Of a DNA stretch of 51,428 nt, positions 11,483 to 22,545 are shown in pieces. Source of the stretch: Atractiella rhizophila (Eukaryota); NCBI GenBank assembly GCA_021432655.1, contig MU271512.1, positions 1 to 51,428 of the forward strand. The letters are read 5' to 3'. A program made the translations under genes and the position numbers. The notes below the pieces were generated by a model. The model ran no database searches. It worked only from the letters and a program-made list of their open reading frames with translations, and was not told the origin of the DNA. Every line of letters starts with the position of its first letter. The first letter of the stretch is position 1.

Positions 11483-12590
11483 TCAGCTTTTTGAAGTCCA
11501 GCCTCTTCTCCGCTTCAAAAATGGCTCCAACATGGGTTCCTCTAGGCTCAATACCTGGGCTGACCAACCCGTTCCAGACGTGCTCGTTGTGATGCTAGTG
11601 CCTGAGGGACTGGGAGACATTGCTAATTGCGTGTCTGAGTCGTCAAACTGAATGGTCCTTGAATCATTCGCCACTTCTCCGAATCCTGGCAAAGATGGCG
11701 GAGATGATGGAGAGAGTAGCGAGGACGCGCAAGACGAAGTTGTCTGAAACGGTTGCGAAGAAGGGGAGGCACTGCGAGACGCTGCAAAGGGCTTAAAAAG
11801 CCCTAGACATGCCTAATGAGATCTTGAAAGGCTGACATAGAAACCTACCTCCATGTATCAGCTGAGTTATTTGCGTGATCAGCCTTACTTCACCCTCCCT
11901 CTCAGCAACTCCCGTCCCATTACCAGCGGTAGCAGCTGATGTATCCTTTGTCGCATCCTTTGTCGCATCCATCGAAATCACAGTGCTGGCCAGGGTATTC
12001 GATCTGCTCATCGTGGCGCTGGTCCGCATCCTTTTCTCCACCTTCTTGTGCAAATCCTCAAGTAACTGTTCTGGGTTGCGGCCACGACCGAAAATATCAC
12101 CTAAAACAGGTTCAGTCAACTGAGTTTTGTTTGTCATTCATGGAAACTGTACTTACTTGGGAAATTTCTTAAAAATGTCACCAAGTAGCCTTCATTTTCA
12201 TGCTCCAACGAGATCCATAAGGCACGGTAGCCTTCGGGCGTGGATTCCACCATATCTTCGTCCACGAGAGGAAGATACTGATCCACCTAGCACACAATCC
12301 ATTCACACTGGCCCGTTAACGAACTACATGGGAGAACATACCTCAAAAGTGACTTTGTTCTGTCCATGCTGCTTAAGATACGCAAGTGCGGCGCCTTTCT
12401 CCGTGACCTCTTTCTTGCCATAAAAAAACAGGCCATCAAATTTCGTATCCTGCATCGGCATGACACAGATAAGGATAACTGGGGAGAATAGCATTCACTG
12501 CAGCTCGCGCGAGAAGATTGAGCGGGAATGCCTACCTTTGAACCCTCTGCCAGTTTCTCCGGTAGTGAGAGCCTGCGAAGAGTTCATCAT
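11483..12590 (-). CDS. Orphan protein, copy B (paralog of 8123-9240)
   Basis: Spliced frame is open: MMNSSQALTTGETGRGFKVILICVMPMQDTKFDGLFFYGKKEVTEKG...EGYRALWISLEHENEGYLVTFLRNFPSDIFGRGRNPEQLLEDLHKK...KRRRGWTSKS*. Same four introns as copy A. Confidence 0.7.
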
Positions 12591-12840
12591 TGCTCAGGAA
12601 TGTTGGATGGTCGTTGTTTGGGTAGATTGCGTTAGAGCCGTCACTTGGGGTTCACACTAGGGGTTTCAAAGCAGGTCTCACCATAAAGTGGGGAGTGACA
12701 CGCTGAAGTCAGGCGTATAAATTCGCACCTCATCAACTAACATCAACTAACATTGACATTTCTTTTTGAGCTGCGGGTGTACCTTTTGCAGCTCAACGTA
12801 CTAGGCGTAGGCGATACTCAGCGCAGCAGCGAAAGGAACG

Positions 12841-14552
12841 ATGGCCAGCGCACGCACAGCTCTGCCACCGCTCTCCAAAGGCGTAGGCCACTTATTCTCG
12901 TGGGTCGTTTCACTCTGGAACTTATCCTAGTCCTATCTCACTGACCAATTCGACATTTTTACGTCGAAAAACGCATCTCCAGCACGACCAGTTCCGCCTC
13001 AGCTTCCGCTCTTCCATCCTCCTCCCTCTCTTCCACACCAAATTCGACTCCAGTTCCAGGCGGCGAGGAGGGGCGACCAGAGAACCATGTACGGTTCGAG
13101 AAGATGATGCGAGCGTACGAGGCTGGTTATACGCCTTATACGGGCAACCCTTACCTGCTGTCGCACGTGGCGACGAAGCAGGTCCCCATAACGCACGGTC
13201 TCCTGGTTGGCAGGCTTCAATTTCGTTCGCATTACACCATGGGGCTGGACTTTTTCGTCGATTTCGCTCGAAGAGTCGCTCACGCATTCAATATACCTTG
13301 TTCTGGGATGGCTTACCTTCCCTTGAGGACGGAGAAGGAGACGGTTTTGAAGGGACCTTTCGTGCACAAGAAGACGCAGGAGAATTATTGGAGGAGGACG
13401 TATGGGAGGGCACTCGCCGTTTATGATGCAGATGAAGAGGTCGTGAGGAGGTGGCACGCTTATTTGAGGAAACATCAATTTCCGGGGATAGGAATGAAGG
13501 CTCAACTTTTCAGGTACAAGGAGGTTGGGTGGATGGATGCGGCGGAGGATTTGGAGAGCGGAGTGCGAGCGAAGACGGACGAGGAGAGGATACAGCAACA
13601 GGTCGACGAACTCATCCCACAGCTGGAGATGGAGGCGGGATTGAACCCATCCTCTTCCACTACTTCGTCCTCATCCACTCCGACCAAATCCATCTTCCAC
13701 CCCATCCTACCGCCCAATACCCCTTCCGCTGTTTCTCGGACCTCCGTCCCGCCTCTGTCTCCTTTCGAAGCAGCGCCAGGGGGACACTGGGACAGAGAAG
13801 GGTTCTTTGTTCCGTCTCCACGCTCTCCACACGCCACTCCTGGTTACACAGAAGCGAAGGATGCTCTCCTTAAAGCTTACAAGGAGCAAAAAGACAGTCT
13901 GCCGCGGATGCAAGACCTATCCCCAGAAGACCAAATCACCTCTGACGACCTCGGTCCGAACGAGACCCTCACGAGCGGATACCAACATGATCTCTTGGAG
14001 AGGGCGACCAACACCGTTCTCTCCTCCCCTCTTCCATCTGAAGAGATACTCGACGGATTAGCCGAATTCGAACTCCCCGAGTTCTCACATGCTAGCCTCC
14101 TAGATAAAGCCGCCGAGTCTATCATGAAGTTTAAGGAGGAGGGGGCGGAACCGACGTTCAATGAGGTCGATCCCTTCAAGGACGTTCAGTTGCCCAAGTC
14201 GCCAGGCTTCGAGTTGGATCAACTCACCACTGATCCTTACCTACCGCCTCTCGACGTGCCCACGGATAAAGAGATTGTTTCGATGACGGACGCCGACCCG
14301 GCGCAGTTGAGGGAGGTGAAGGAGATGGTAGATGATTATGAGCGCTTGAGAAAGGTGGTCAATGAGGGAATCGTGGAAACGGACAAGACTACTTTGAGGG
14401 AGATGGCTAAGGAAGTCAGGAGGGCGATTGGAGTGGATGAGGACAAATATCCTTGGGAGGAAGAGGATGGGCAGGAAGAGAGCAAAGACGTGAAGTCGGG
14501 TGTGGAGGGGAAGAAGAAGGATAGGAAGATAGGCAAAGTAACTACTAGGTGA
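12841..14552 (+). CDS. RSM10: Mitochondrial ribosomal protein uS10m with long acidic C-terminal extension
   Basis: S10 domain (LQFRSHYTMGLDFFVDFARRVAHAFNIPCSG..YLPL..E..TVLKGPFVHKKTQENY.RRTY.R). Exon 1 12841-12899 encodes a presequence-like N-terminus; intron 12900-12982 restores frame with the 13104 ORF. Confidence 0.9.
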
Positions 14553-14669
14553 TTTTAATTTAAAGATATGCTACGAAAAGTAGATAGATATCTCTAATTC
14601 ATCCCATTCCCTATTATTTATCAACCAGCAAACATGGACTCCCAAAGATCCGAACAACTGCTGAGCCAA

Positions 14670-17620
14670 TCACTGTATAAATCCCTCCTTAACGCCGTCC
14701 AAAAACTCAGCATGCGCCTTCTTCTGCTTCTCCCACTCGCCTACCAACTTCTTCCTCCTACTCTTCGCGATCTCCTTACCCTCCTTATCAAGAGTCGGAA
14801 TACCGTCTTCGTCCCACTGAGAGAACAGTTCAAGATCCGAAGCCTTCTTAAACATCTCCGTCGGCGCCAGACGTCCCCTTTCCAGCTTCTCGCGCCGCTT
14901 CTCTTCTGCAGCTTTAGCGCTCGCCGCTTTCTTTGCAGCCTTCTCGGCGGCGGCGGCTCGCTTCGCGTCTCGTGCTTCGCGCAGGATGGAGGGGTCTACA
15001 AGCTTGACAAGCGCACGGCCGTCTATTGCAACAATGAATATGTCAGTTATAGGAAAGTCGGAAGATAGAGGAGAACGAACCGTCTTGATCGTCTAGCGCC
15101 ACCCCAAGCTCGACTAACTCCTCATCGCGCAACTTATCAGAAACGAGGAGGAACTCTTTCGGCTCCTTCTTCTCCAACGCCAATCTCCTCACTTCATCTC
15201 TGAAGCTACTCAGGACCCTCAAATAAGGCAATACGTCTTTCCCTCCTCTACCTTCACTTGTACCCCAACCAACTTCTTCCTCCTCCCCGATAGTATCGGA
15301 CAGCCCGAACATGCGCACCATCAGACTGATCCATCTTGCTACCTCCCGCAATACCTCAGGATCTATGTTCGACCGACCCCGCGCAATATAAGTGTTCGTG
15401 GTGTTGATGAGCGAGAGTAAGGTCTGGAGCGCGAGCGGAGTGTTGAAGCTGTCTCGAAGGGCATTGTCAAATTTGCTTTGTGCCTCCCGAAGATCTTGCA
15501 AGAGCGTGGACTCGGCGGAATGGAAGCGATGTTCTCCTTCTATGGAGGCTGAAGGCTCCGAGAGCAAGGCGTTGACATTGGTAAAGAAGTTCTAAGTTTC
15601 ACCGTTAGCGAGATTGAGGATAAGTTCCATGAAGGACTAACAGTGATGGTCGTCTCGTCGGTCTTCGCCTGTTGAACAGATGCTTCCTTAAAATCCATCC
15701 TATTACTCCACACCTGAGCTAGAAATGCGAGCCTCAATTGTCTTGCTGAATAATTTTTGAGAAATTCCTGAATCGTGATAAAATTCTTCAAGCTCTTGCT
15801 CATCTTCAAACCCTCGATGTGCAGATGTCCCATATGGATGAAATAATTGACCCATTGTTTACATCCATGATATGCCTCCGCCTGTGCAAGCTCATTGTCG
15901 TGATGGGGAAACGTAAGATCGATGCCACCGGAATGAAAGTCCATTCCACTCCCAAACACGTGCGATCCCATAGCGCTGCACTCAATGTGCCAACCCGGCC
16001 GTCCCTCACCCCAAGGACTCTTCCAAGACGGTTCTCCAGGTTTCGAAGATTTCCACAGGGCGAAATCAGACGGCGACCGCTTCCCTCCTTCAGTCAATGA
16101 TCCTTCTCCTTCGTCCAACAACTCTTTGTTCCCTTTGTTCCACGGAGCGTTCTTCGCATACGTATGTTTCCATCCCTCTCCATCCCTCTCCTCCTTTCCA
16201 TCAAAAGCCCTCGAATCGAACCAGACGTCTTCCGCCCCGTCTGAGCTCTTCGATGGTGTGGCATACGCGTATCCTTTCTCTATCAAGCGCTCGATAAAGG
16301 AGACGATGGGAGGAATGAATTCTGTGGCACGTGTGGTAGTGGTCGGAGGAAGAACGTTCAAAGCCTTCATATCTGCATTGAAGGAATCCTCGAAGTGTGT
16401 AGAGAGAGAGCGGAAGACGGAATGTGGGAGAGAACGGGAAGCGTAAAGCGAAAGCAGGTAGGGAGAAAGGACGTCCGTTGTTTGGGTTATGAAAGAGGAA
16501 GGGGAAATATCCGCAGAAGAGGCGGAGGCGAGGTGGATGGCAGAACGGGAGGTGATCTACAGACGTCCGGCATTGGTTTACATCTTCACGAGACTGGGTA
16601 GGAAAGCAAACCAGAGCTGAGAGGTTCATTCCTAGCTTCTCATCCGTCCCTATCCTAGCAGCCATCCACTCCTGGTCTGCCCGAGATTTCACCACGTTCA
16701 CCTCCCACCACTTGGTTTTCTCCTCCAACAACAGCTGCTCCGCCGTCCCATCCATCTCAGGGAAGTACTTCGTGACTTTCTTCCAATAATTGCTCCAAGC
16801 CTTCTTCACCATCTCTACCAACTCTGCAGTAATGGTTTCTCCTTGAGCTTGCTTGAGTTCGTCAATGAAGAATTGGGAACGTGCACGCAAGATAATCTTG
16901 TCGTCGATGTCGGTGACATTTTGGACAAAGTGAACGTTGTAGGAGAAATAATCGCGCATTATGCGACGAAGTATATCGACAGTCACATAATTACTGTGGA
17001 GACAAATTGTTTGAGCCTTTCGTATAACGAAGAAGAGGACAGACCGTGCATGACCCATGTGAGCGGCATCATAGACTGTAGGACCGCAATTGTACCACGT
17101 TACGACTCCGTGCTGCCTGGGAACGAACTCGACCTGACTGATCGCAATATTGTCAGTCAAGTGTTCTGTTGAATATGAGAATGCAGCCAGGAAGCAAGCT
17201 CCTGTAAACTTATGCAACACTGAAATGTGACCTGCCAGCCTGTGCAATAATCCTGCACAGCTGGGTATTGTGTTGACAATTAAATTAATGTGCAAACAAG
17301 ACAATCGGATCATGAGGCAGTTGAAAGGAGGACGAGCGAGGAACGGCATGATACCTAAACGCCAATAAGAGAGGCTGGTATTGCCTACCCTTGATTGAAA
17401 CACGCCACAACATACCCAACCGGAAGCTAAAGGAAATATAACAGACCTTAGACCTCGTCAAGGAGTTATAAATGCGCAATGGCTCCTGAGAAGGAGCAGA
17501 TGGCGGATACCACACTTGAGTCGATTTCGACATGCGTGCAAGCGCTCTTTTTTGGGGAGAAAAGCTGGATATTGATACAGAAGCGAATCTAAAGCTAAAG
17601 GAGGAGCTGACGAGGCGCAT
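14670..17620 (-). CDS. CRS1: Cysteinyl-tRNA synthetase
   Basis: [32 protein letters not shown] (HIGH motif), [46 protein letters not shown] and KMSKSLKNF. Multi-exon, with two in-frame ATGs (17620, 17533). Confidence 0.97.
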
Positions 17621-17864
17621 GCACCTCTTTATTGTAGCAAAATCGAGTCTGTCGCTCTTACTGATCTGACTTTTCCTGACTGTGGTTAGATTGCATCTAT
17701 TTGTCCACTACTCGTTTTTCAAATGCTCACGGAACAACTAGAGTCAACCAGCCTTCCACGACTGCAAAAATTATCTGTGAAAATACCAATTCGCGCTGGA
17801 CTCTCCAGACAACGAACATCAGAGGACCGGAGGAATTAGCGGCGCTTATGTTACTGAGGAGGAT

Positions 17865-19079
17865 ATGAGCTTGGCTATCCGCTTTGTTGGCGGACTATCT
17901 AGACTGTGGCTTCGATATGGATGTTCAGATGTAAAAGTCGAGGGATTGCAAGCCTTCAAAGCGCTCCTGGATAATCCTAAGCGAACCAGAGGGGTTCTTA
18001 CTTGTTTGTATTTCCTCCAGAGCGTTGTGAACGGAGACTATACTAATTGCTTTCGAGTTAGTCGCAAATCATCGAAGCGTGTCCGTGTTTATCAGCAATT
18101 TCCTGCAAAATATGTTGACGGTGGTGACGGTGACAGAGTTGATGATCCTCTAATATGGGGGGTCCTTCCCAAAGATCATTATAGAGAGAGCCGTAGAATT
18201 CGTTGGACATTAGGAGCCAGTGATATATGCTTTACTAATCCGTTCGTCCTCCTTTGTCATAGATTAATTAGTCAAAATCAACCACTTGAAATAGAGTGTT
18301 TCGACGGTTCTTTACTGAAGGACAAGTGATCGAAGTCAGTCTCTTTTTACGAATCATTGTGACTATGTTCAACTCCTTGCGCAACGAAATAGACATTTCG
18401 AGGAAATGGTATCTACCAAAAAGCAGTTGACAACTCAACCTCCTTACTAAACAGGGGACACTGGGTCTGTCGTATCTTCTTTTCTACCACATTATCTTGA
18501 TTGAATATCCTTACAGGTGCATATTTTCCCCGAAGGTCTATCCTCCTTCAGAAACGGACATATTTCCAAGCTAACGAATCGAAATGATAGGCTATGTGAA
18601 CCAATCACATCCATACCAGCTCCTCCGCTTTCGCTGGGGCATTGCTCGCATGTTAATGGAGACGAAAGAACTGCCGTACATTGTCCCCGTTTGGATTAAG
18701 GGATTTGAGGATATTATGCCAGAGGACAGAGGGTTTCCCAGGTTCGCCTCCTTTCCTCATCCCCCATTTGGCGCCAGCGCACTACTATCCCACTGCAGCT
18801 TTTGCTATTCACTCATGCCTATGTAGATTTCTTCCTCGTCTTGGTGCGGAACTTTCGATATCCTTCGGTACTCCATTGGATGAGAAATCAATGGACGAAT
18901 TGGAGAGGCTGAAAGAGTTATACACGATGGCAAGAGGCAAGCGGAAGGACAGTGGGATGGATGACGGTGTAGATACGGAGGAGCTGCAAGAAGTGCGCAA
19001 AGCCGTTTGCGACATTCTGCAGGAGAAACTGCAAGGTATGGGGAAGGAAGCTGGGGAAGAAGTTGTGCCCAAGTATTGA
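17865..19079 (+). CDS. TAZ1: Tafazzin (monolysocardiolipin transacylase)
   Basis: Spliced motifs RGVLT..NHRS.VDDPLIWGVLP, RWTLGASDICFTNP, VHIFPEG, LRFRWGIARMLME, VPVWIKGFEDIMPEDRGFPRFLP. Many short exons; exact start uncertain. Confidence 0.9.
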
Positions 19080-19466
19080 GGCAGGTTCCTATATTATTTA
19101 TTCGATACTACTAAGATAAATCATTGCACAATAATGTCATCGCTATTTACCGTAACGTACAGAATATCGTTATTTATCTTCATAAGGAAGAGAGCTCAAG
19201 AGGAATGGGGAGAAATTGTGTACTAAAACAAGTCTTTGAGTGGATGTTGAAGTGGAAGAATGGTAGGATGGAATTTTTTGAGAACGAAGAGAATGCAGTG
19301 AAAACCAACTGAAGTAGACCAAAAAACGGCGGCCAGTTTGTTCAAGACTCATGAAAGACGGAGGCGAAACTCGAAACGATACCCAACTACCTGTATCGAC
19401 CAAACTTCCAACGTTGAACCGAAAACAAACTGAACCAAACTTAGACTCAATTCAAGAAAATGCCTT

Positions 19467-21700
19467 TTAAAGCTGAAGGCCGACAACCTCTTGTTCTTCT
19501 TCTCCATTCAGGGATGGGAATCGTCTCATCGCTTTGCTCTTCACTCCCACGGCCAAAATTGTTTGGGAACTGACCGCCGTCTCGAAAGACGAGCTAGAAC
19601 CGCGCGCAGTTACACTCGCATCCTCGTCATCTAGGTAAGGCGATGAATGTTGAGACGAAGAATGGTGGCTGGTGGCTGGCGTGCCATGGCGGTTACCATG
19701 CTCAGTCTCGAAGCTCACAGCAGTGGATGAGGAGACAGAGCGGAAGGATGATCCAGAGTCTGACGCAATGGGGGAGAGCGGCGGCAGGAAGGTCGACCTC
19801 GAGATCGTCGCGTTGGGGGAGACTAGGAAGACGGGTTGGGATGAGATGGAGAGTTCTTGCCCTTGCTCCTCTATTGGCTCCATGTCAGGTATCAGAGTGG
19901 GGTCGTGAGGTCGTGGGGATTGAGCACGTCGTGGTACAGGGGACTGAGCTCGCGGTAGAGGAGACTGAGCTCGAGGCATAGGGGATCGAGTGCGTGGTGG
20001 GGGAGGTGATTGAGAACGAGAGGAAGAAGGGATGACAGTTCCTGGAAAGATGTCTTCCAAGCCCTTTCGCCGCCTTGTCGTGCCCGTGGGAGCGATACGA
20101 GTGGAAGCTGAAGCTGAGGAGGCCGAAATAGTCGTTGCTTTATCTTTGAGGTTTGAGTGTGAAGCGGAGAACATCAGAGTTGGCGGTGTAACCCTCCTCT
20201 TCTTCGTTGTCGGAAGAAGGTGGTCGTGTCTCATCGTTGATGACCGCTTCGAAGGGCTTCTCAATGGTCCTTCCCCATTTCCCATTGTAGCGATATTGAG
20301 AGAGGAGGAGTTGTCAGAGGAGGAAGAAAGGATGTCTGTAGACTTTTTGCGGGACAAAAACGTCAAAGTCTTCTTCAGGAAAGACCGTTGTCGTGTTGGT
20401 GAGAGGAGAAGATTAGAGTTGGGATTGAGGGCGGAGGAGTGTTTGTATGACACTGAGCCGTATCCCGCTGTCAAGTCGCAGAGCGACTCCTTTGAGATGC
20501 TGGTTGGTAGATGAGGTGGCACACCAAGACCCAAGGACTCGTGGGAAGCTGCAGTCTGGAGTTGAACTTTCGGCAGTTCCGTTGGGGAATCTATGCTCGA
20601 AGCATCGCTTCTCTCAGACTCATGTTGCTGTTGGATGGAGAGGCGGGATAATTGACGCTCGAGATTGGAGATTGTGCGCGTGAGCTTGTGGATGTGAGAA
20701 TCGCGAGACGTCACTTGGTCTTGTAGATCCGCAATGGTACCTGCCTTGTAAATCAGAAAACACGGCGGCAAGGCTGAAGCGGTTGAGACAACGCACCACC
20801 TAAGAGAAACACAGGACATTTGTTGAGCACGTGCTCAAAGACCTCTTCTTTCGAACCCATGAAAACGCATCCGAGAGCGAAGAAAAAACATTTTCGATGT
20901 GGACAGGCGTCCTCGTCTCCCGTGAGCGCGATAGATTTACAAACCAACTTTCCGTCTCCCGAGGAAGATTCGAAAGGACAGTCTCCTTCTAACGCCTTCA
21001 GGACATTGGCTTTGAAAGCTTCAAAGTCGTATCCGACATTCACATATGAGCATCTAGGGCATGAATCAGCACAGGAATTTAAAACGATGGAAATCGCGCA
21101 CTTCAGAAACTCGCAGCGAGCCAGATGTTCCTCTAACCCTTCTCCGTCCACAGTCCCTTGACATAAGATTCCAGTCCGAGGCATTTTTGGGATTTTACCG
21201 TTGGTCATTGTGATAGGCCGCCTTGGGCTCTTTGGAGGACCTCGATAGCTGAAGACATCCATATCTGTTGTGGTGTTCGTGGCGGCGCTGTTTGAGGTAG
21301 CTTCCCTCCTCTGCCTTTGGGCTTGTGCAGGCCGGACTGGCTCGGGATCCCTCCACTTTGCCAACCAAGCCTCCTGTTCTTGTGGGGACCTGGGCGTTTG
21401 CTTTGCGTTTGGAGAATTGATTTCAATGGGCGGCGGGGTTTGCTCGTCGTTTCGATTCCAAGTTGGTCGCACGGTCTCATTTGACACGGAAGCGAGAGAA
21501 TCGGTGCGACCATGTGAAGGAGTAGAATCCAAGTCTTTGAGCTCTTCCATTCCTGATGGAGATGAGGAAGGAGGAGGTAAAGAAGAACGGGCACGACGGC
21601 TGCGCGTGATAGTGTTGGAGTTGTTGTTGCTGGCCGTGGCTGGCGTAATGGTCGCGTTCGCGTTCGAAGCGGTGTTGTTGGTACGCAAGAGGAACTGCAT
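19467..21700 (-). CDS. Hypothetical protein with TRAF/SIAH-type Zn-finger-like region, coiled coil and Ser/Pro/Arg-rich tail
   Basis: Two long ORFs (20753-21700 and 19467-20819) joinable by introns. Cys/His pattern LEEHLARC...CPHRKCFFFALGCVFMGSKEEVFEHVLNKC, then heptad-like TIADLQDQVTSRDSHIHKLTRTISNLERQL. Confidence 0.65.
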
Positions 21701-22545
21701 TCGCGTTTGAGTGAATATTAGCGAGTTTTTCTTTGATTGTTATCTCGACACAAAGCTCGAACGCAAAAACAGACGTTCCATCGTCTGTTAAATGTTGTCG
21801 TGATAAAAAGCAATTGTTCAAGATGAGTGTGTGCCGGACAAAAGTCTCATGCAACGTAAAGATATTCTCGTGGGGTATGAAGAGATATAAAAGAAGATGC
21901 TCACCTTATCTACTGCCCAATCGAAAGATTTTCGCACTCCCAATCTCCCTTGTCCTGGCGGCCGCAGCGTGTTGCCTTTCAACCCGTCACCTTCGTCCCT
22001 TCTGATGATTTTCCGAGTCCTCTTCGGCGACAACTGCAAGTTTTGCAACCCGTATTTGCTCAACAAAGTTGGTTTGGCCAGGATTTCTGATTCTGATTCG
22101 TTAGTGATAAAAATTGTGATGAATGTGATGGTGATAAGTTAGAAGGATGAGTTCGTGAAGAGTCGCGTTTTTACGTTCTGCATAACAATAATCGTCGAGG
22201 AATGTGTCCTGAAGGCCTTGTATCCTGCTTGTGTCCCACCCTTTTGTCCTGCCTTTTGTTGAGCAGAGGTGGTCGTTGGAGGTGAAAATTTGACACGCGT
22301 CTGAAACAGGGAAACAAGGTAAACATCCAAGGCAGGTAAGGCCGAATGGCGGTGTCGGATGCCTCACGTGATTTTGACTTATTGTTACCAGGTGACCAGC
22401 CCATGCCTTGTTTTCTTGAATAAATAAATTACAAAACATAACAAGTACTATACTGAACTGCTGAAACAGAACTGATACTAGTACTAGCCAAAGATGTTGA
22501 TTTGTTTAGCCATACTTTTGTCAATGTCCCTCCAAATAAATCGTT

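Larger units (their letters stand above)
10182..12673 (+). repeat. Second copy of segment 5710-9300 (direct orientation, with an internal deletion of about 1.13 kb)
   Basis: Begins CGCCCGCTTCTGCG (=5710) and ends GGGGTTTCAAAGCA (=9300). Near-identical over the PXA part and 3' UTRs, clearly diverged over the orphan gene. Confidence 0.95.

Noticed and set aside
12731..12753. CATCAACTAA repeated twice in the orphan B / RSM10 promoter
   Set aside because: A 10-bp slippage duplication with no evidence of function.
16201..17403. 400-aa minus-strand ORF as a separate protein
   Set aside because: It is CysRS exons read through in-frame introns.
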